Below, piece after piece: positions 9,554 to 19,104 of a stretch of 64,000 bases of DNA (its first letter is position 1; each line of letters begins with the position of its first letter). Under the pieces are notes generated by a model. The model was not told the DNA's origin and did no database searches. It was given only the letters and a program-made list of their open reading frames with translations. Where the stretch lies: NCBI GenBank assembly GCA_964629815.1, contig CAZVTA010000001.1:253226-317225 (forward strand), read 5' to 3'. Made by a program: the position numbers and the translations under genes. The DNA is from an uncultured Candidatus Saccharibacteria bacterium. Lineage in GTDB: Bacteria; Patescibacteriota; Saccharimonadia; Saccharimonadales; AWTP1-31.

Positions 9554-11584
9554 TTAGTCTAGTCGAGTAACCGTTTGAAGCTGCGCAATTCGTTTAGATA
9601 ACTGCTTATAGTGTAGCAGATTATCCCGCCTAAGGAATGCTTCTGCGGCCTGTTGTGCTTGCTCAATCAGATGCGTATCGGTTAGCTGTGCAATTCGTAA
9701 ATCGAGCGTGCCGTGTTGGCGCGTGCCGTAAATTGCACCCGGGCCGCGTAGTTCTAGGTCGTACTCGGAAAGCTTAAAGCCGTCGTTGGTTGATTCGATG
9801 GCTCGCATACGTGCAGATGGGGCTTTTGAGTCGGTCATCATAAGATAACAGTAGCCCTGGTGTTCGCCACGCCCTACTCGCCCACGTAATTGATGTAGTT
9901 GGGCTAAACCAAACCGGTCGGCGTGCTCTATAAGCATAACGGTAGCATTTGGCACATCTACACCAACCTCGATAACCGTGGTGGCAACAAGAATATCAAG
10001 CTCGTGGTCTTTAAAGGCTTGCATTGTTTGTTGCTTGTCCTCAGCTTTCATCTTGCCGTGCACAAGCCCCACCCTAAACTTTTTGAATTGTTTCTTAAGC
10101 GTTTTATAGTGTGACTCTGCAGAAATAATTTTGTCATCAGTGCCATCTTCTATAGTTGGGCATACCACATACATCTGCCTGCCGTTTTCGAGTTCATGCT
10201 CAAGCGTGCCGTACAGCGCTGGGCGAGAGTTTGGCGATGCAATTTTTGTAATTATCGGTAGTCGATTTGCGGGTTTGGTACGAATAAGACTGATATCGAG
10301 CTCGCCATAAAGCGTCAGGGCAAGACTTCGCGGTATTGGTGTCGCTGTCATAGACAAAACATGCGGCATATGCCCAGCTTTTTTCTGCAATGTATTGCGC
10401 TGCTCTACGCCAAAGCGGTGCTGTTCATCAATAACAACAAGACCAAGCGAGTGCATATTGATTGAAGACTGGATAAGGGCATGGGTACCAATGATTATAT
10501 TAACATCGCCGGCAGTAATTCGTGCTTCTATGCGTTTTCTTTCGGCTTGCTTCATGCTTCCTACAACCAGACCAACTAAATGCTCATATCCGGTACCTTG
10601 CAACATGATATAGATGGTATGAGCATGCTGTTTGGCTAATAGTTCGGTTGGTGCCATAAGCGCAGTCTGAAAGCCCGCATCGGCGACCATAAGCGCAGCT
10701 AATGCGGCGACTACAGTCTTGCCTGAGCCTACATCACCTTCTACGAGCCGATTCATGCCATGCGTTTTTTGAAGGTCGGTATAGATTTGCCACAATACTT
10801 TGCGCTGGTCGTCGGTTAGGCTAAAAGGCAAACTGGCCACCGCTTGCTGTGCAAGTATGGTATTAAACGGAATACGCGGTGCTACCAACTTGTGTTGTTT
10901 TTGTTTCGTGAGCTTCGCTGCCAGAACGAGTTCGAATACTTCTTCAAAACCAAGCCTAAAGCGAGCCTTGTCTATATCTGTCTGTGTATTCGGAAAATGT
11001 ATAGCAGTTAGTGCATCAAAATGCGATACAAGCCCAAACTGTTCAACGAGCCACGCAGGAAGCGGTTCATAGGCTTTTACCTTTTGCGTTGCGTTATGAA
11101 TAACTTTGCGTAGTTCGGTAGATTTTAATCCCTTTATCTCGCGGTATACAGGCACAATACGGGCCGTGTTGAGTTGAAAGTCGCTGACGAGCTCGAGCGA
11201 AGGGTTTGTGATTGAAAAGCGACCGCGTCGTAATTCGAACAGCCCAGACAGATAATATGTTGTGTGGGGTTTTATTTGCTTGGCACGATAGGCCTGATTA
11301 AACCACACAACCCGTACGCTGCCCGTGTCGTCAGAAAAAACACCTTCTGTTACGTGCATGCCTCTACGCACATAGCGTGCATTAAGCGATGCAAGTGTAC
11401 CTTTTAGTGTTACCGTGCCAGGTTTTATGGTTGCGACCGTATGTACTGCCGAGAAGTCGTTATACTTACGAGGGTAAAAGCGCAGTAAGTCATCTACCGA
11501 TGCAATGCCGGCATGAGCAAGTTTTTGCATAAGTACTGGCCCAACACCAGAAACATCGCTTAATTCTATCCCAGGTTCTTGCAT
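9554..11584 (-). CDS. recG: ATP-dependent DNA helicase RecG
   Basis: 676 aa. N-terminal wedge/OB region, Walker A GDVGSGKT, VIDEQHRFG (DEQH box), and a C-terminal helicase domain. Confidence 0.95.
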   Translation of the reverse strand: MQEPGIELSDVSGVGPVLMQKLAHAGIASVDDLLRFYPRKYNDFSAVHTVATIKPGTVTLKGTLASLNARYVRRGMHVTEGVFSDDTGSVRVVWFNQAYRAKQIKPHTTYYLSGLFELRRGRFSITNPSLELVSDFQLNTARIVPVYREIKGLKSTELRKVIHNATQKVKAYEPLPAWLVEQFGLVSHFDALTAIHFPNTQTDIDKARFRLGFEEVFELVLAAKLTKQKQHKLVAPRIPFNTILAQQAVASLPFSLTDDQRKVLWQIYTDLQKTHGMNRLVEGDVGSGKTVVAALAALMVADAGFQTALMAPTELLAKQHAHTIYIMLQGTGYEHLVGLVVGSMKQAERKRIEARITAGDVNIIIGTHALIQSSINMHSLGLVVIDEQHRFGVEQRNTLQKKAGHMPHVLSMTATPIPRSLALTLYGELDISLIRTKPANRLPIITKIASPNSRPALYGTLEHELENGRQMYVVCPTIEDGTDDKIISAESHYKTLKKQFKKFRVGLVHGKMKAEDKQQTMQAFKDHELDILVATTVIEVGVDVPNATVMLIEHADRFGLAQLHQLRGRVGRGEHQGYCYLMMTDSKAPSARMRAIESTNDGFKLSEYDLELRGPGAIYGTRQHGTLDLRIAQLTDTHLIEQAQQAAEAFLRRDNLLHYKQLSKRIAQLQTVTRLD

Positions 11585-11590
11585 ACCTGT

Positions 11591-11596
11591 AGTATA
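11591..11596 (-). promoter_or_regulatory. -10 box TATACT 6 nt upstream of the recG ATG (leaderless candidate)
   Basis: The minus strand reads cTATACTacaggtATG. The spacer has no SD. Confidence 0.45.
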
Positions 11597-11606
11597 GATG
11601 ACGAAC

Positions 11607-12380
11607 TTAGGCTTTTCGAATTAGAAAGAATACACTTGGGCCAAAATAAATACGCGAGAGCACTTCTTGAGTAAGATCTTCAATCTTGAGCATAGAATTA
11701 ACTGACAAGAATTTCTTGAGTCCTGGAGAACGCAGGTTGGAAACAGACAATGTTTTTTCTACGCGAAGCCCGGCGTGCGCCAGTTGTTTTATGACCGTTT
11801 TTGGGTTATGGTTTACAAACGCAATTTCGTCGTCTCGTTTGTTCTTTTCTGATCGGATATCTACTGGTTCCACAGGAAGTTTCACAAACTTAGCAAGGTG
11901 CTTAAGCCGGTTTCGAGCATGCGCATAGTTTGCGACTTCTAGAATAATGTAGCCATCATCTGATAAGACACGCTTCAGCTCGCTAAACTCTACACTTGGG
12001 TCCGGGAGGTGATGCATAACACGAATCATGGTAATTAAGTCTACTGACTTATCCTTTAGGTCAAGTTTATCGGCTTGTGTTAACTTGCGGTCGATTTCTG
12101 GATGATCTTGCAAAAAGTCCTTAGCAATGTCGAGCTGCTGCTTGCTTGGCTCGGCTAAAGTTACTTTATCTGCATATTTCTCTAGGAAGACGCATAATCT
12201 ACCGTAACCACCGCCAATATCTATGGCGTGCTTGAAGTGTTTGCCGTCTAATAGTTTACGGATTGCAAGACGTTCTGCTTCGTTTTCGTAGTCGCGTCCG
12301 TCCCAGTAATGGAGGTAGTTGTGATTAGGGTCGTTATATTGATCTGCTTTTTTAACTTTAGATGTACTTGTTTTTGACAT
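11607..12380 (-). CDS. class I SAM-dependent methyltransferase
   Basis: 257 aa. IDIGGGYGRL motif I, DLITMIRVMHHLPDP. Confidence 0.8.
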   Translation of the reverse strand: MSKTSTSKVKKADQYNDPNHNYLHYWDGRDYENEAERLAIRKLLDGKHFKHAIDIGGGYGRLCVFLEKYADKVTLAEPSKQQLDIAKDFLQDHPEIDRKLTQADKLDLKDKSVDLITMIRVMHHLPDPSVEFSELKRVLSDDGYIILEVANYAHARNRLKHLAKFVKLPVEPVDIRSEKNKRDDEIAFVNHNPKTVIKQLAHAGLRVEKTLSVSNLRSPGLKKFLSVNSMLKIEDLTQEVLSRIYFGPSVFFLIRKA

Positions 12381-12387
12381 GAGTGTT

Positions 12388-12396
12388 AGTATACCA
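12388..12396 (-). promoter_or_regulatory. extended -10 TGGTATACT 7 nt upstream of the methyltransferase ATG 12380 (leaderless candidate)
   Basis: The minus strand reads TGGTATACTaacactcATG. Confidence 0.5.
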
Positions 12397-12405
12397 CGCT
12401 TTAGT

Positions 12406-13662
12406 TTATGAAATTTTTACCAACATACTGGTGTTTTTTCCGCGGCGAACGATGATACGTCCATGTATTGCATCGTGCACAGAAAGTGACGTTTGGCTTA
12501 TTGGAATTTGCTGTCCATTAACATAGATAGCATTACCTTCAAGAAAACGCCTCGCTTCTGATTTAGAGCTTGCAAGCTCACCCTCAACCAAGATCGATGC
12601 AATATCTACTTCGCCCTTTGCAGTCACGGTATTGAGTTCATCTTCGAGGAGTTTAAAATCGGCCTCTTCAAGGTCGATATATGACCCTGATCCGAATAAT
12701 ACTTCACTTACTCTTTCGATGCTTTTTGCCGCCGCCTTGCCGTGCACAATAGATGTTACCTCGTAAGCTAATCGTTTTTGTGCCACGCGGTCACCTTTAT
12801 TGTGAGCAAATTGCTTTTCAATTTCTGAAATTTCTGTTTCATCTAGCAGCGTATATATCTTTAGGTAGTCGACGACGCCAGCATCATCTAGATTGAGCCA
12901 GAACTGATAGAACTGATATACGCTTGTGAGGTTTTCGTCGAGCCACACAGCACCTGCTTCACTTTTGCCAAACTTAACTCCCGTAGTCTTGTTGACAACT
13001 AGCGGTGCAGACCAGATATGTGCTTCTCCTCCTGCGATTCGACGAATAAGTTCTACGCCAGCAATGCTGTTGCCCCACTGATCGGCCCCACACACCTGCA
13101 ACGATGCGCCGTGTGTTTTATAAAGATGCAAAAAGTCGTAGCCCTGTATGAGCGAATAGCTAAACTCAGCATAGCTAATACCATTGCCACTCTCTGACAA
13201 ACGAGATTGAACAAACTCGCGTCCAAGCATCTGTCGCATAGGCACGTGCTTGCCGACATCTCGTAAAAATTCGAGGTACCCAAGTCCCTTAAACCAATCG
13301 TAGTTATCGACAAGCTCAAATTCCATATCGTTAAAAAGCCGTTTGTATTGCGCTGCAATGCCTGCCTTGTTCTTGTCGACTTCGTCTTTGGTCTTAAGCT
13401 GCCGCTCTTCTGATTTACCATCTGGGTCGCCAATAAGTCCAGTTGCACCACCAACCAACAAAATTGCTGTATGTCCGTGCGCTATAAAATGACGCACCAT
13501 CATTGCTGTTGCCAAGTTGCCGATAGTCATCGATGGTGCACTTGGGTCAACTCCAAAATAAAACACAAACTTCTTTTTATCTAATTCGCCCGGGTCAGCA
13601 AGCGTCGTTTGGTTTACGAATCCACGCCAAACAAGCTCTTCGCTTAAGGTTTTTGTACTCAT
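12406..13662 (-). CDS. tyrS: tyrosine--tRNA ligase (HIGH signature replaced by TIGN)
   Basis: 418 aa. GGATGLIGDP, YSLIQGYDF, GADQWGN, KFGKS, and a C-terminal S4-like domain. It aligns with E. coli TyrS along its whole length. Confidence 0.95.
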   Translation of the reverse strand: MSTKTLSEELVWRGFVNQTTLADPGELDKKKFVFYFGVDPSAPSMTIGNLATAMMVRHFIAHGHTAILLVGGATGLIGDPDGKSEERQLKTKDEVDKNKAGIAAQYKRLFNDMEFELVDNYDWFKGLGYLEFLRDVGKHVPMRQMLGREFVQSRLSESGNGISYAEFSYSLIQGYDFLHLYKTHGASLQVCGADQWGNSIAGVELIRRIAGGEAHIWSAPLVVNKTTGVKFGKSEAGAVWLDENLTSVYQFYQFWLNLDDAGVVDYLKIYTLLDETEISEIEKQFAHNKGDRVAQKRLAYEVTSIVHGKAAAKSIERVSEVLFGSGSYIDLEEADFKLLEDELNTVTAKGEVDIASILVEGELASSKSEARRFLEGNAIYVNGQQIPISQTSLSVHDAIHGRIIVRRGKNTSMLVKIS

Positions 13663-13668
13663 ACAGAC

Positions 13669-13674
13669 AGTATA
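13669..13674 (-). promoter_or_regulatory. -10 box TATACT 6 nt upstream of the tyrS ATG (leaderless candidate)
   Basis: The minus strand reads TATACTgtctgtATG. Confidence 0.45.
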
Positions 13675-13734
13675 ACGTATCTATAAATGAAACAAATAAT
13701 GCTTATGATTATTGCTGCTTGAAATACAACTTTT

Positions 13735-13743
13735 TGGTATACT
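13735..13743 (+). promoter_or_regulatory. extended -10 TGGTATACT of the PBP gene (leadered, SD AAGGAG at 13759-13764)
   Basis: Read directly: tttTGGTATACTatatgccagaaccatAAGGAG. Confidence 0.5.
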
Positions 13744-13777
13744 ATATGCCAGAACCATAAGGAGTAGAAGTTAACAT

Positions 13778-16741
13778 ATGAGCACATCATCACCGGGTAG
13801 TAAAAAACCTCGCAAGAATATACATATTACCCGTAGTGGTAAAGAAATAAAGCTCAACCGTAGCTTAGTGGCTCGCTGGGTTGCCGGCAAAGACGCCAAG
13901 CAAACGCGTAAAGCTATGCGCAAAGCAGAACTTCCAAAGAATAAGTTCAAGCGCTTCCTGTACCATTTCCAGCCACGTCGCATGTATAACTACTGGTTTA
14001 GCCGTGACGGCGGTGTTATGGCACTCAAGATTGCGGGTATCGGCTTTGCAGTCGGTTTCTTGTTGTTGGTTGGCGTATTTGCATATTTCCGCAAAGACCT
14101 TCCAAACTTGCGTGATATTGCAGGCAACAACATTGGTGGTAGTATTCGCTATTACGACCGCACTGGCAAAACGTTGCTCTGGGAAGACTACGATGCAGTA
14201 AAACGCATACCAGTTGAAGACAACCAAATGAACCAGTACATCAAAGACGCTACGGTAGCTATAGAAGACAAAGACTTCTTCAAGCACGGAGGCTTTGATG
14301 TGCGCGGTATTATGCGTGCTGGTATCAACAACGTCTTTGGAGGCGGGAGTCAACAAGGTGGATCAACCATAACCCAGCAGCTCGTGAAGCTGACACAAAA
14401 CTGGACAAAAGACCGAAGTTATACGCGTAAGGCCAAAGAGCTGATTCTATCGGTCGAGCTTGAACGTAGCTACTCTAAGCAACAAATCCTAACTGGTTAT
14501 TTGAACACGGCGCCGTATGGAAACGTACAATATGGCGTTGAAGCAGCATCACGTGACTATTTCCAGAAGTCAGCCAAAGACCTAACCCTTGATGAAGCGG
14601 CTTTCTTAGCTTCCCTACCGAAGAGCCCCTCTTTCTACAGCCCTTATGGTGCCTACTTTAAGAGTAGTCCCGAGGAGTCGAAAGAAGCTCTTGTGGGTCG
14701 CATGCATTATGTTCTAAAACTCATGGAAGAGCAAGGCATGATTACCGCACAACAGCGTGATGATGCAAAAAAAGTTGACGTTCTTGCCAAGGTTAAAGAA
14801 CCACAGCCAAAGTATGCCGGAATAAAAGCTCCTTGGTTTGTTTTGGCCGCAAAGCGACAGCTCGAAGAACAGCGCGGTGCAGATTCAGTGAAAGTTGGTG
14901 GATGGACCGTAACTACAACACTCGATCTTGATAAACAAGCGATCGCCGAAGAGCAGCTCAACAAAGGAATGGCACAAGTTCGAAGGCAAGGTGGCGATAC
15001 TGCAGCATTTGCTGCTGAAGACGTAAAAACTGGACAAATGGTTGCACTGGTGGGCGGATCTGACTTTAATAATCCAGATTTTGGTCAGTTCAATTATGCA
15101 ACGCAGCCCTTGCCACCAGGATCGAGCTTTAAACCATACGACTATGCTGCACTCATCGAGAATAGTACGAACATTGGTGCAGGATCTGTCTTGTACGATA
15201 CGCAAGGTCCACTCGAAGGCTACCCGTGTACGAATAAAGCAGCGCCAAAACAAGGCGGTAACTGTTTGCACGACTACGACTTGCGTTATCCAGGACCCGT
15301 AACACTACGTTATGCGCTTGGTGGCTCGCGAAACGTGCCAGCGGTCAAAGCCATGCTTATAACAGGCATCGACAAAACAATTGAAACAGCAGAAAAGCTT
15401 GGACTAAAAAGTGGCTATAAGTGTTATCAGGACACTGCCCTGACCAAAGAAGGCGCCTGCTACGCATCGAGTGCTATCGGTGACGGTGCGTTTCTCCGAC
15501 TCGATGAGCACGTACATGCATTTGGAAGCTTGTCACGAAACGGACTAAACATACCTCAAACCTATATTCTTAAAATTACAAATGCGAGCGGCAAGACCAT
15601 TAGCGAATGGAAGGCAGAAAAAGGCACTCAAGCTATTCGCCAAGACACTGCATATATCGTTTCTGACATGCTGAGCGATCCCAATGCCAGCTACTTCCCG
15701 GCTGGCCGCAAACCACACCGCTACAAAGGCTGGAAATTTGCCATGAAGACCGGTACTACCAACGACGCTAAGGATGGATGGATGATGGGCTATTCTCCAC
15801 AATATGCTGCTGGCGTATGGGTTGGGTATCACACTCGTCAAAAGGCAATGTCCGGAACGATGGAATCAATGACTCAACCAATATGGCAAGGATGGATGAA
15901 TAAGGCGCACGATAATATCAAGCCATTTGACTGGTCTAAGCCCTCCGGTGTACAAACCCTACCTGCGTATGTCATACGAAGCCATGTCGGTATCGGTTCT
16001 GTTGAACCCAGCCCCGCAAACGATTTGTACCCGTCATGGTATAAACAGCCGAACAAAGCTACAAATGGAAAACGTGTCATCGATAAGGTAAGCGGTAAGT
16101 TGGCGACAGAGTGCACGCCAGATAAAGCCAAGGAAGAAACCAATGATGCAGCAGCGCTAACCTTCTCTGGTGATCGTTTCGTAACAGGTTCAGGCGGATC
16201 AAGCGACGATAAAGATGATATTCACAAATGTGATGACATAAAGCCATCGATAAGCCTTGTAAAGAATGGTAGCAATTCGGTAACTGCAACTGTCGCTGCG
16301 GGTACACACCCACTGTCTGGAGATAAATTTAAAGGAACGCTTAACTTCATACTTAACGGGCAGGTTGTGCAGTCTAGTGAAGTTTCATCAAGTCCGTCGA
16401 GCGTATCGTATACGGCAACTGCAAACGGCACTCTGACTGCACAAATCATCGATAGCGTACTCTACGATACAACGAGCGAAAGCGTTGAAGTAAGCTCCTC
16501 TGGAAGCAGTATTACTCTGAACAGCCCCTCGGGATCTGGCAATAGCGCAACCTTCAGCTGGTCTGGAGGTTCGCCAAGCTACACGGTAACCGTTACCAAA
16601 ACATCAAGCTCTTCAACCAAGACGTGTACTACAAGCTCATCTTCGTGTACGGTTAACCCGCTCTCTGGATCTGGAAACTACACAGCCATCGTAAGAGATG
16701 GTGACGGAAACGAGTCAAACACTGTTACATTTAGTCGCTAA
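13778..16741 (+). CDS. class A penicillin-binding protein (glycosyltransferase 51 + transpeptidase) with a Ser/Thr-rich C-terminal extension
   Basis: 987 aa. N-terminal TM segment. GT51 motifs EDKDFFKHGGFD and GGSTITQQLVK. Transpeptidase motifs SSFKP, SRN and KTGTT. AAGGAG lies upstream. Confidence 0.93.
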   Translation: MSTSSPGSKKPRKNIHITRSGKEIKLNRSLVARWVAGKDAKQTRKAMRKAELPKNKFKRFLYHFQPRRMYNYWFSRDGGVMALKIAGIGFAVGFLLLVGVFAYFRKDLPNLRDIAGNNIGGSIRYYDRTGKTLLWEDYDAVKRIPVEDNQMNQYIKDATVAIEDKDFFKHGGFDVRGIMRAGINNVFGGGSQQGGSTITQQLVKLTQNWTKDRSYTRKAKELILSVELERSYSKQQILTGYLNTAPYGNVQYGVEAASRDYFQKSAKDLTLDEAAFLASLPKSPSFYSPYGAYFKSSPEESKEALVGRMHYVLKLMEEQGMITAQQRDDAKKVDVLAKVKEPQPKYAGIKAPWFVLAAKRQLEEQRGADSVKVGGWTVTTTLDLDKQAIAEEQLNKGMAQVRRQGGDTAAFAAEDVKTGQMVALVGGSDFNNPDFGQFNYATQPLPPGSSFKPYDYAALIENSTNIGAGSVLYDTQGPLEGYPCTNKAAPKQGGNCLHDYDLRYPGPVTLRYALGGSRNVPAVKAMLITGIDKTIETAEKLGLKSGYKCYQDTALTKEGACYASSAIGDGAFLRLDEHVHAFGSLSRNGLNIPQTYILKITNASGKTISEWKAEKGTQAIRQDTAYIVSDMLSDPNASYFPAGRKPHRYKGWKFAMKTGTTNDAKDGWMMGYSPQYAAGVWVGYHTRQKAMSGTMESMTQPIWQGWMNKAHDNIKPFDWSKPSGVQTLPAYVIRSHVGIGSVEPSPANDLYPSWYKQPNKATNGKRVIDKVSGKLATECTPDKAKEETNDAAALTFSGDRFVTGSGGSSDDKDDIHKCDDIKPSISLVKNGSNSVTATVAAGTHPLSGDKFKGTLNFILNGQVVQSSEVSSSPSSVSYTATANGTLTAQIIDSVLYDTTSESVEVSSSGSSITLNSPSGSGNSATFSWSGGSPSYTVTVTKTSSSSTKTCTTSSSSCTVNPLSGSGNYTAIVRDGDGNESNTVTFSR

Positions 16742-18090
16742 TCTTTCTCGAGATAGGTGTTGAGTGCCTGTTTAATGTCTACAACCTCGTGTAACGCAGT
16801 TAACTTTGTGCCTGTTCGCTGAACGGGACCGATAGCACCGTCAAAGCCTAGTTTTTTTGCTTCTTGTAGGCGCTTTTCGCTGAGTGGCACATGACGAACT
16901 TCACCACTTAAACCAAGCTCACCAAAGACTACCGCATTCTTTTTTAGCTGCATGCCTTTGGATGCGCTCGCAATAGCCATACACACAGCCAAGTCTGCTG
17001 CAGGTTCGGTTATCTTCATACCGCCTACTATATTTATATAAATATCACAGTCTGCCAGTTGAAGCTTTGTTCGACGTTCGAGCATAGCTATTAAGAGCGT
17101 CACTCTATTCAGGTCAATACCACTTGCCGCTCGTTTAGGGTAACCATAGCTCGTTTTATTCACCAAAGCCTGCACTTCAACTAGCATGGCTCGAGAGCCC
17201 TCTATGGTTGCCAACACCACACTTCCATCGGTTATCTGACGTTCTGCAAGTAGAGCAGCCGATGGGTTAGCTACAGGTAACAACCCGGTGCTGGTCATTT
17301 CAAATATTCCAACTTCGTTGGTAGAGCCAAATCGATTTTTAACTCCTCGCAATACCTTGAATCCACCATATCTGTCCCCTTCAAGCTGAAGCACCGTATC
17401 AACAAGATGCTCTAGAATCTTTGGGCCAGCAATTGAGCCTTCTTTTGTAACATGCCCTACCAACACGAGCGCACTATTTGTCTGTTTTGCTACTGCCGTG
17501 AGAACGTGAGTACTGTTGGTGATTTGACTAACCGTACCTGGCGACGTTGCTACAGTATCAACCTTGATTGTCTGGATTGAGTCAATAATAACCAAACTAT
17601 ATGTTTTATCTGTCATCGTTGCCGCAATATCATTCGTGCTATTACTCGCAACAATATCAATGTTATTGCTGGTAACTTTAAGTCGTTCTGCACGCATAGA
17701 GATCTGATGAACCGACTCTTCGCCACTAACGTACAGCACCTTTGAATGTTTAGCTATTGCTTCGGCGACCTGCAATAAAATTGTACTCTTACCAATACCT
17801 GGCTGGCCGGCGAGCAAAGTAACACTGCCCGGCACAACTCCGCCACCTAACACATCATCTAACTCTGGGATCTGTGTTTTTAGACGAGACTCTGGTTGCT
17901 TGATTGCATCTGATAAATGAGCAACATGTAACGTGCTTCCTTGTTTTGCTGCACCTTTAATCATTGTTTGGTCAACGACGACCTCTTCTTCAAGTGTATT
18001 CCATTCTCCGCACGCATAACATCTCCCAGCCCATGTACTGGTTTGTGCACCACAATTGGTGCATACAAATTTTGATGCGCGTTTTACCAT
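16738..18090 (-). CDS. radA: DNA repair protein RadA/Sms
   Basis: 450 aa. Zinc finger CTNCGAQTSTWAGRCYACGEWNT, Walker A GQPGIGKST, KNRFG motif, and a Lon-like C-terminal domain. Confidence 0.95.
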   Translation of the reverse strand: MVKRASKFVCTNCGAQTSTWAGRCYACGEWNTLEEEVVVDQTMIKGAAKQGSTLHVAHLSDAIKQPESRLKTQIPELDDVLGGGVVPGSVTLLAGQPGIGKSTILLQVAEAIAKHSKVLYVSGEESVHQISMRAERLKVTSNNIDIVASNSTNDIAATMTDKTYSLVIIDSIQTIKVDTVATSPGTVSQITNSTHVLTAVAKQTNSALVLVGHVTKEGSIAGPKILEHLVDTVLQLEGDRYGGFKVLRGVKNRFGSTNEVGIFEMTSTGLLPVANPSAALLAERQITDGSVVLATIEGSRAMLVEVQALVNKTSYGYPKRAASGIDLNRVTLLIAMLERRTKLQLADCDIYINIVGGMKITEPAADLAVCMAIASASKGMQLKKNAVVFGELGLSGEVRHVPLSEKRLQEAKKLGFDGAIGPVQRTGTKLTALHEVVDIKQALNTYLEKD

Positions 18091-18108
18091 ACTGCCTAGT
18101 GTATCAGA

Positions 18109-19089
18109 TTAGAGCGATTGTTTGGTCTGTAAACGACTGTCAAGCGCTTTGGAGAGCTCGTTAATTTCGGCTGCTAGCTGGTTGCGCTCATCAAGTATTT
18201 TTTTGTATTGTGCGACTTTACTATTATACGAAGCGGTCATTGCGTTATAGTTCCTAACCTTCTGATTATATGCAGGAACAGCCGCATTATAGCCACTTAT
18301 ATCTCCTGCTTGCAGTAGTTGATCAAGCTTATTTTTTTGTACCTTTAGATCTTGTTGGGTTTTATCTAATTCACTACTAGCTGCTATAAGTTCGCTCTCT
18401 AGTTGTTTCAGCTTTTCATCGTTTGCAACAATCTTGTTTTTTCGACTCAAAAACTCTGTTTCATATTTTTGTGCATACTGTACAACAACCGAACGATCCG
18501 TAAAGTACTGTTCATAGTACACTTCGAGCGATGCTGGAAGGTTTGATACTTCAGTGCCAAGAATTGAATGAAGCTCGTTGTAGACATCTGCACCAGCTTT
18601 CTTATATTGCTCCATGACTGAAAGAATGCGTTCATTTTTTACCTGCCTGTACGCTTGGTCTAGTTGATCATGCAGCTCTGCTTTTTTAGAATCTGAAAGC
18701 CGTTCATATGCTTCGTGCAGCATCTCGTGTGCTGCAGTAACCTGTTCAACGCCATTGAGCCGCTCGTCAGTTACATCATACAAAAATATCCCTTCAGTTT
18801 TTATGTAGCAGCCCAGCACTATTGTCGCTTCATCTGCGCGGCATTTTTGTGAAAACGTATCTTTTGTCAGTAATGCTGGCTTGTTGACATAAAAATACCG
18901 CTTCCCATCGCCAGTCATCTGTGTATCCGTCGCAAGTGAGGCCACAACCACAGGAGGCGTATATCCACGTAATTTATACCAATCAACAATATCTTGTCGC
19001 TTGATGTATGCAACACCCGAGCATCCAAGTATAACGACAGCAAAAAATACGCCGACTGCCTGTCTTAGCCGAAAGTGCTTATGGTGCAT
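18109..19089 (-). CDS. membrane-anchored protein with an HExxH motif and a long C-terminal coiled coil, function unknown
   Basis: 326 aa. N-terminal TM segment (AVGVFFAVVILGCSGVAYI), HEMLHEAYE, and a heptad-like Q/K/E/L-rich C-terminal ~120 aa. Confidence 0.65.
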   Translation of the reverse strand: MHHKHFRLRQAVGVFFAVVILGCSGVAYIKRQDIVDWYKLRGYTPPVVVASLATDTQMTGDGKRYFYVNKPALLTKDTFSQKCRADEATIVLGCYIKTEGIFLYDVTDERLNGVEQVTAAHEMLHEAYERLSDSKKAELHDQLDQAYRQVKNERILSVMEQYKKAGADVYNELHSILGTEVSNLPASLEVYYEQYFTDRSVVVQYAQKYETEFLSRKNKIVANDEKLKQLESELIAASSELDKTQQDLKVQKNKLDQLLQAGDISGYNAAVPAYNQKVRNYNAMTASYNSKVAQYKKILDERNQLAAEINELSKALDSRLQTKQSL

Positions 19090-19104
19090 GTCTCCAATTA
19101 TAAA

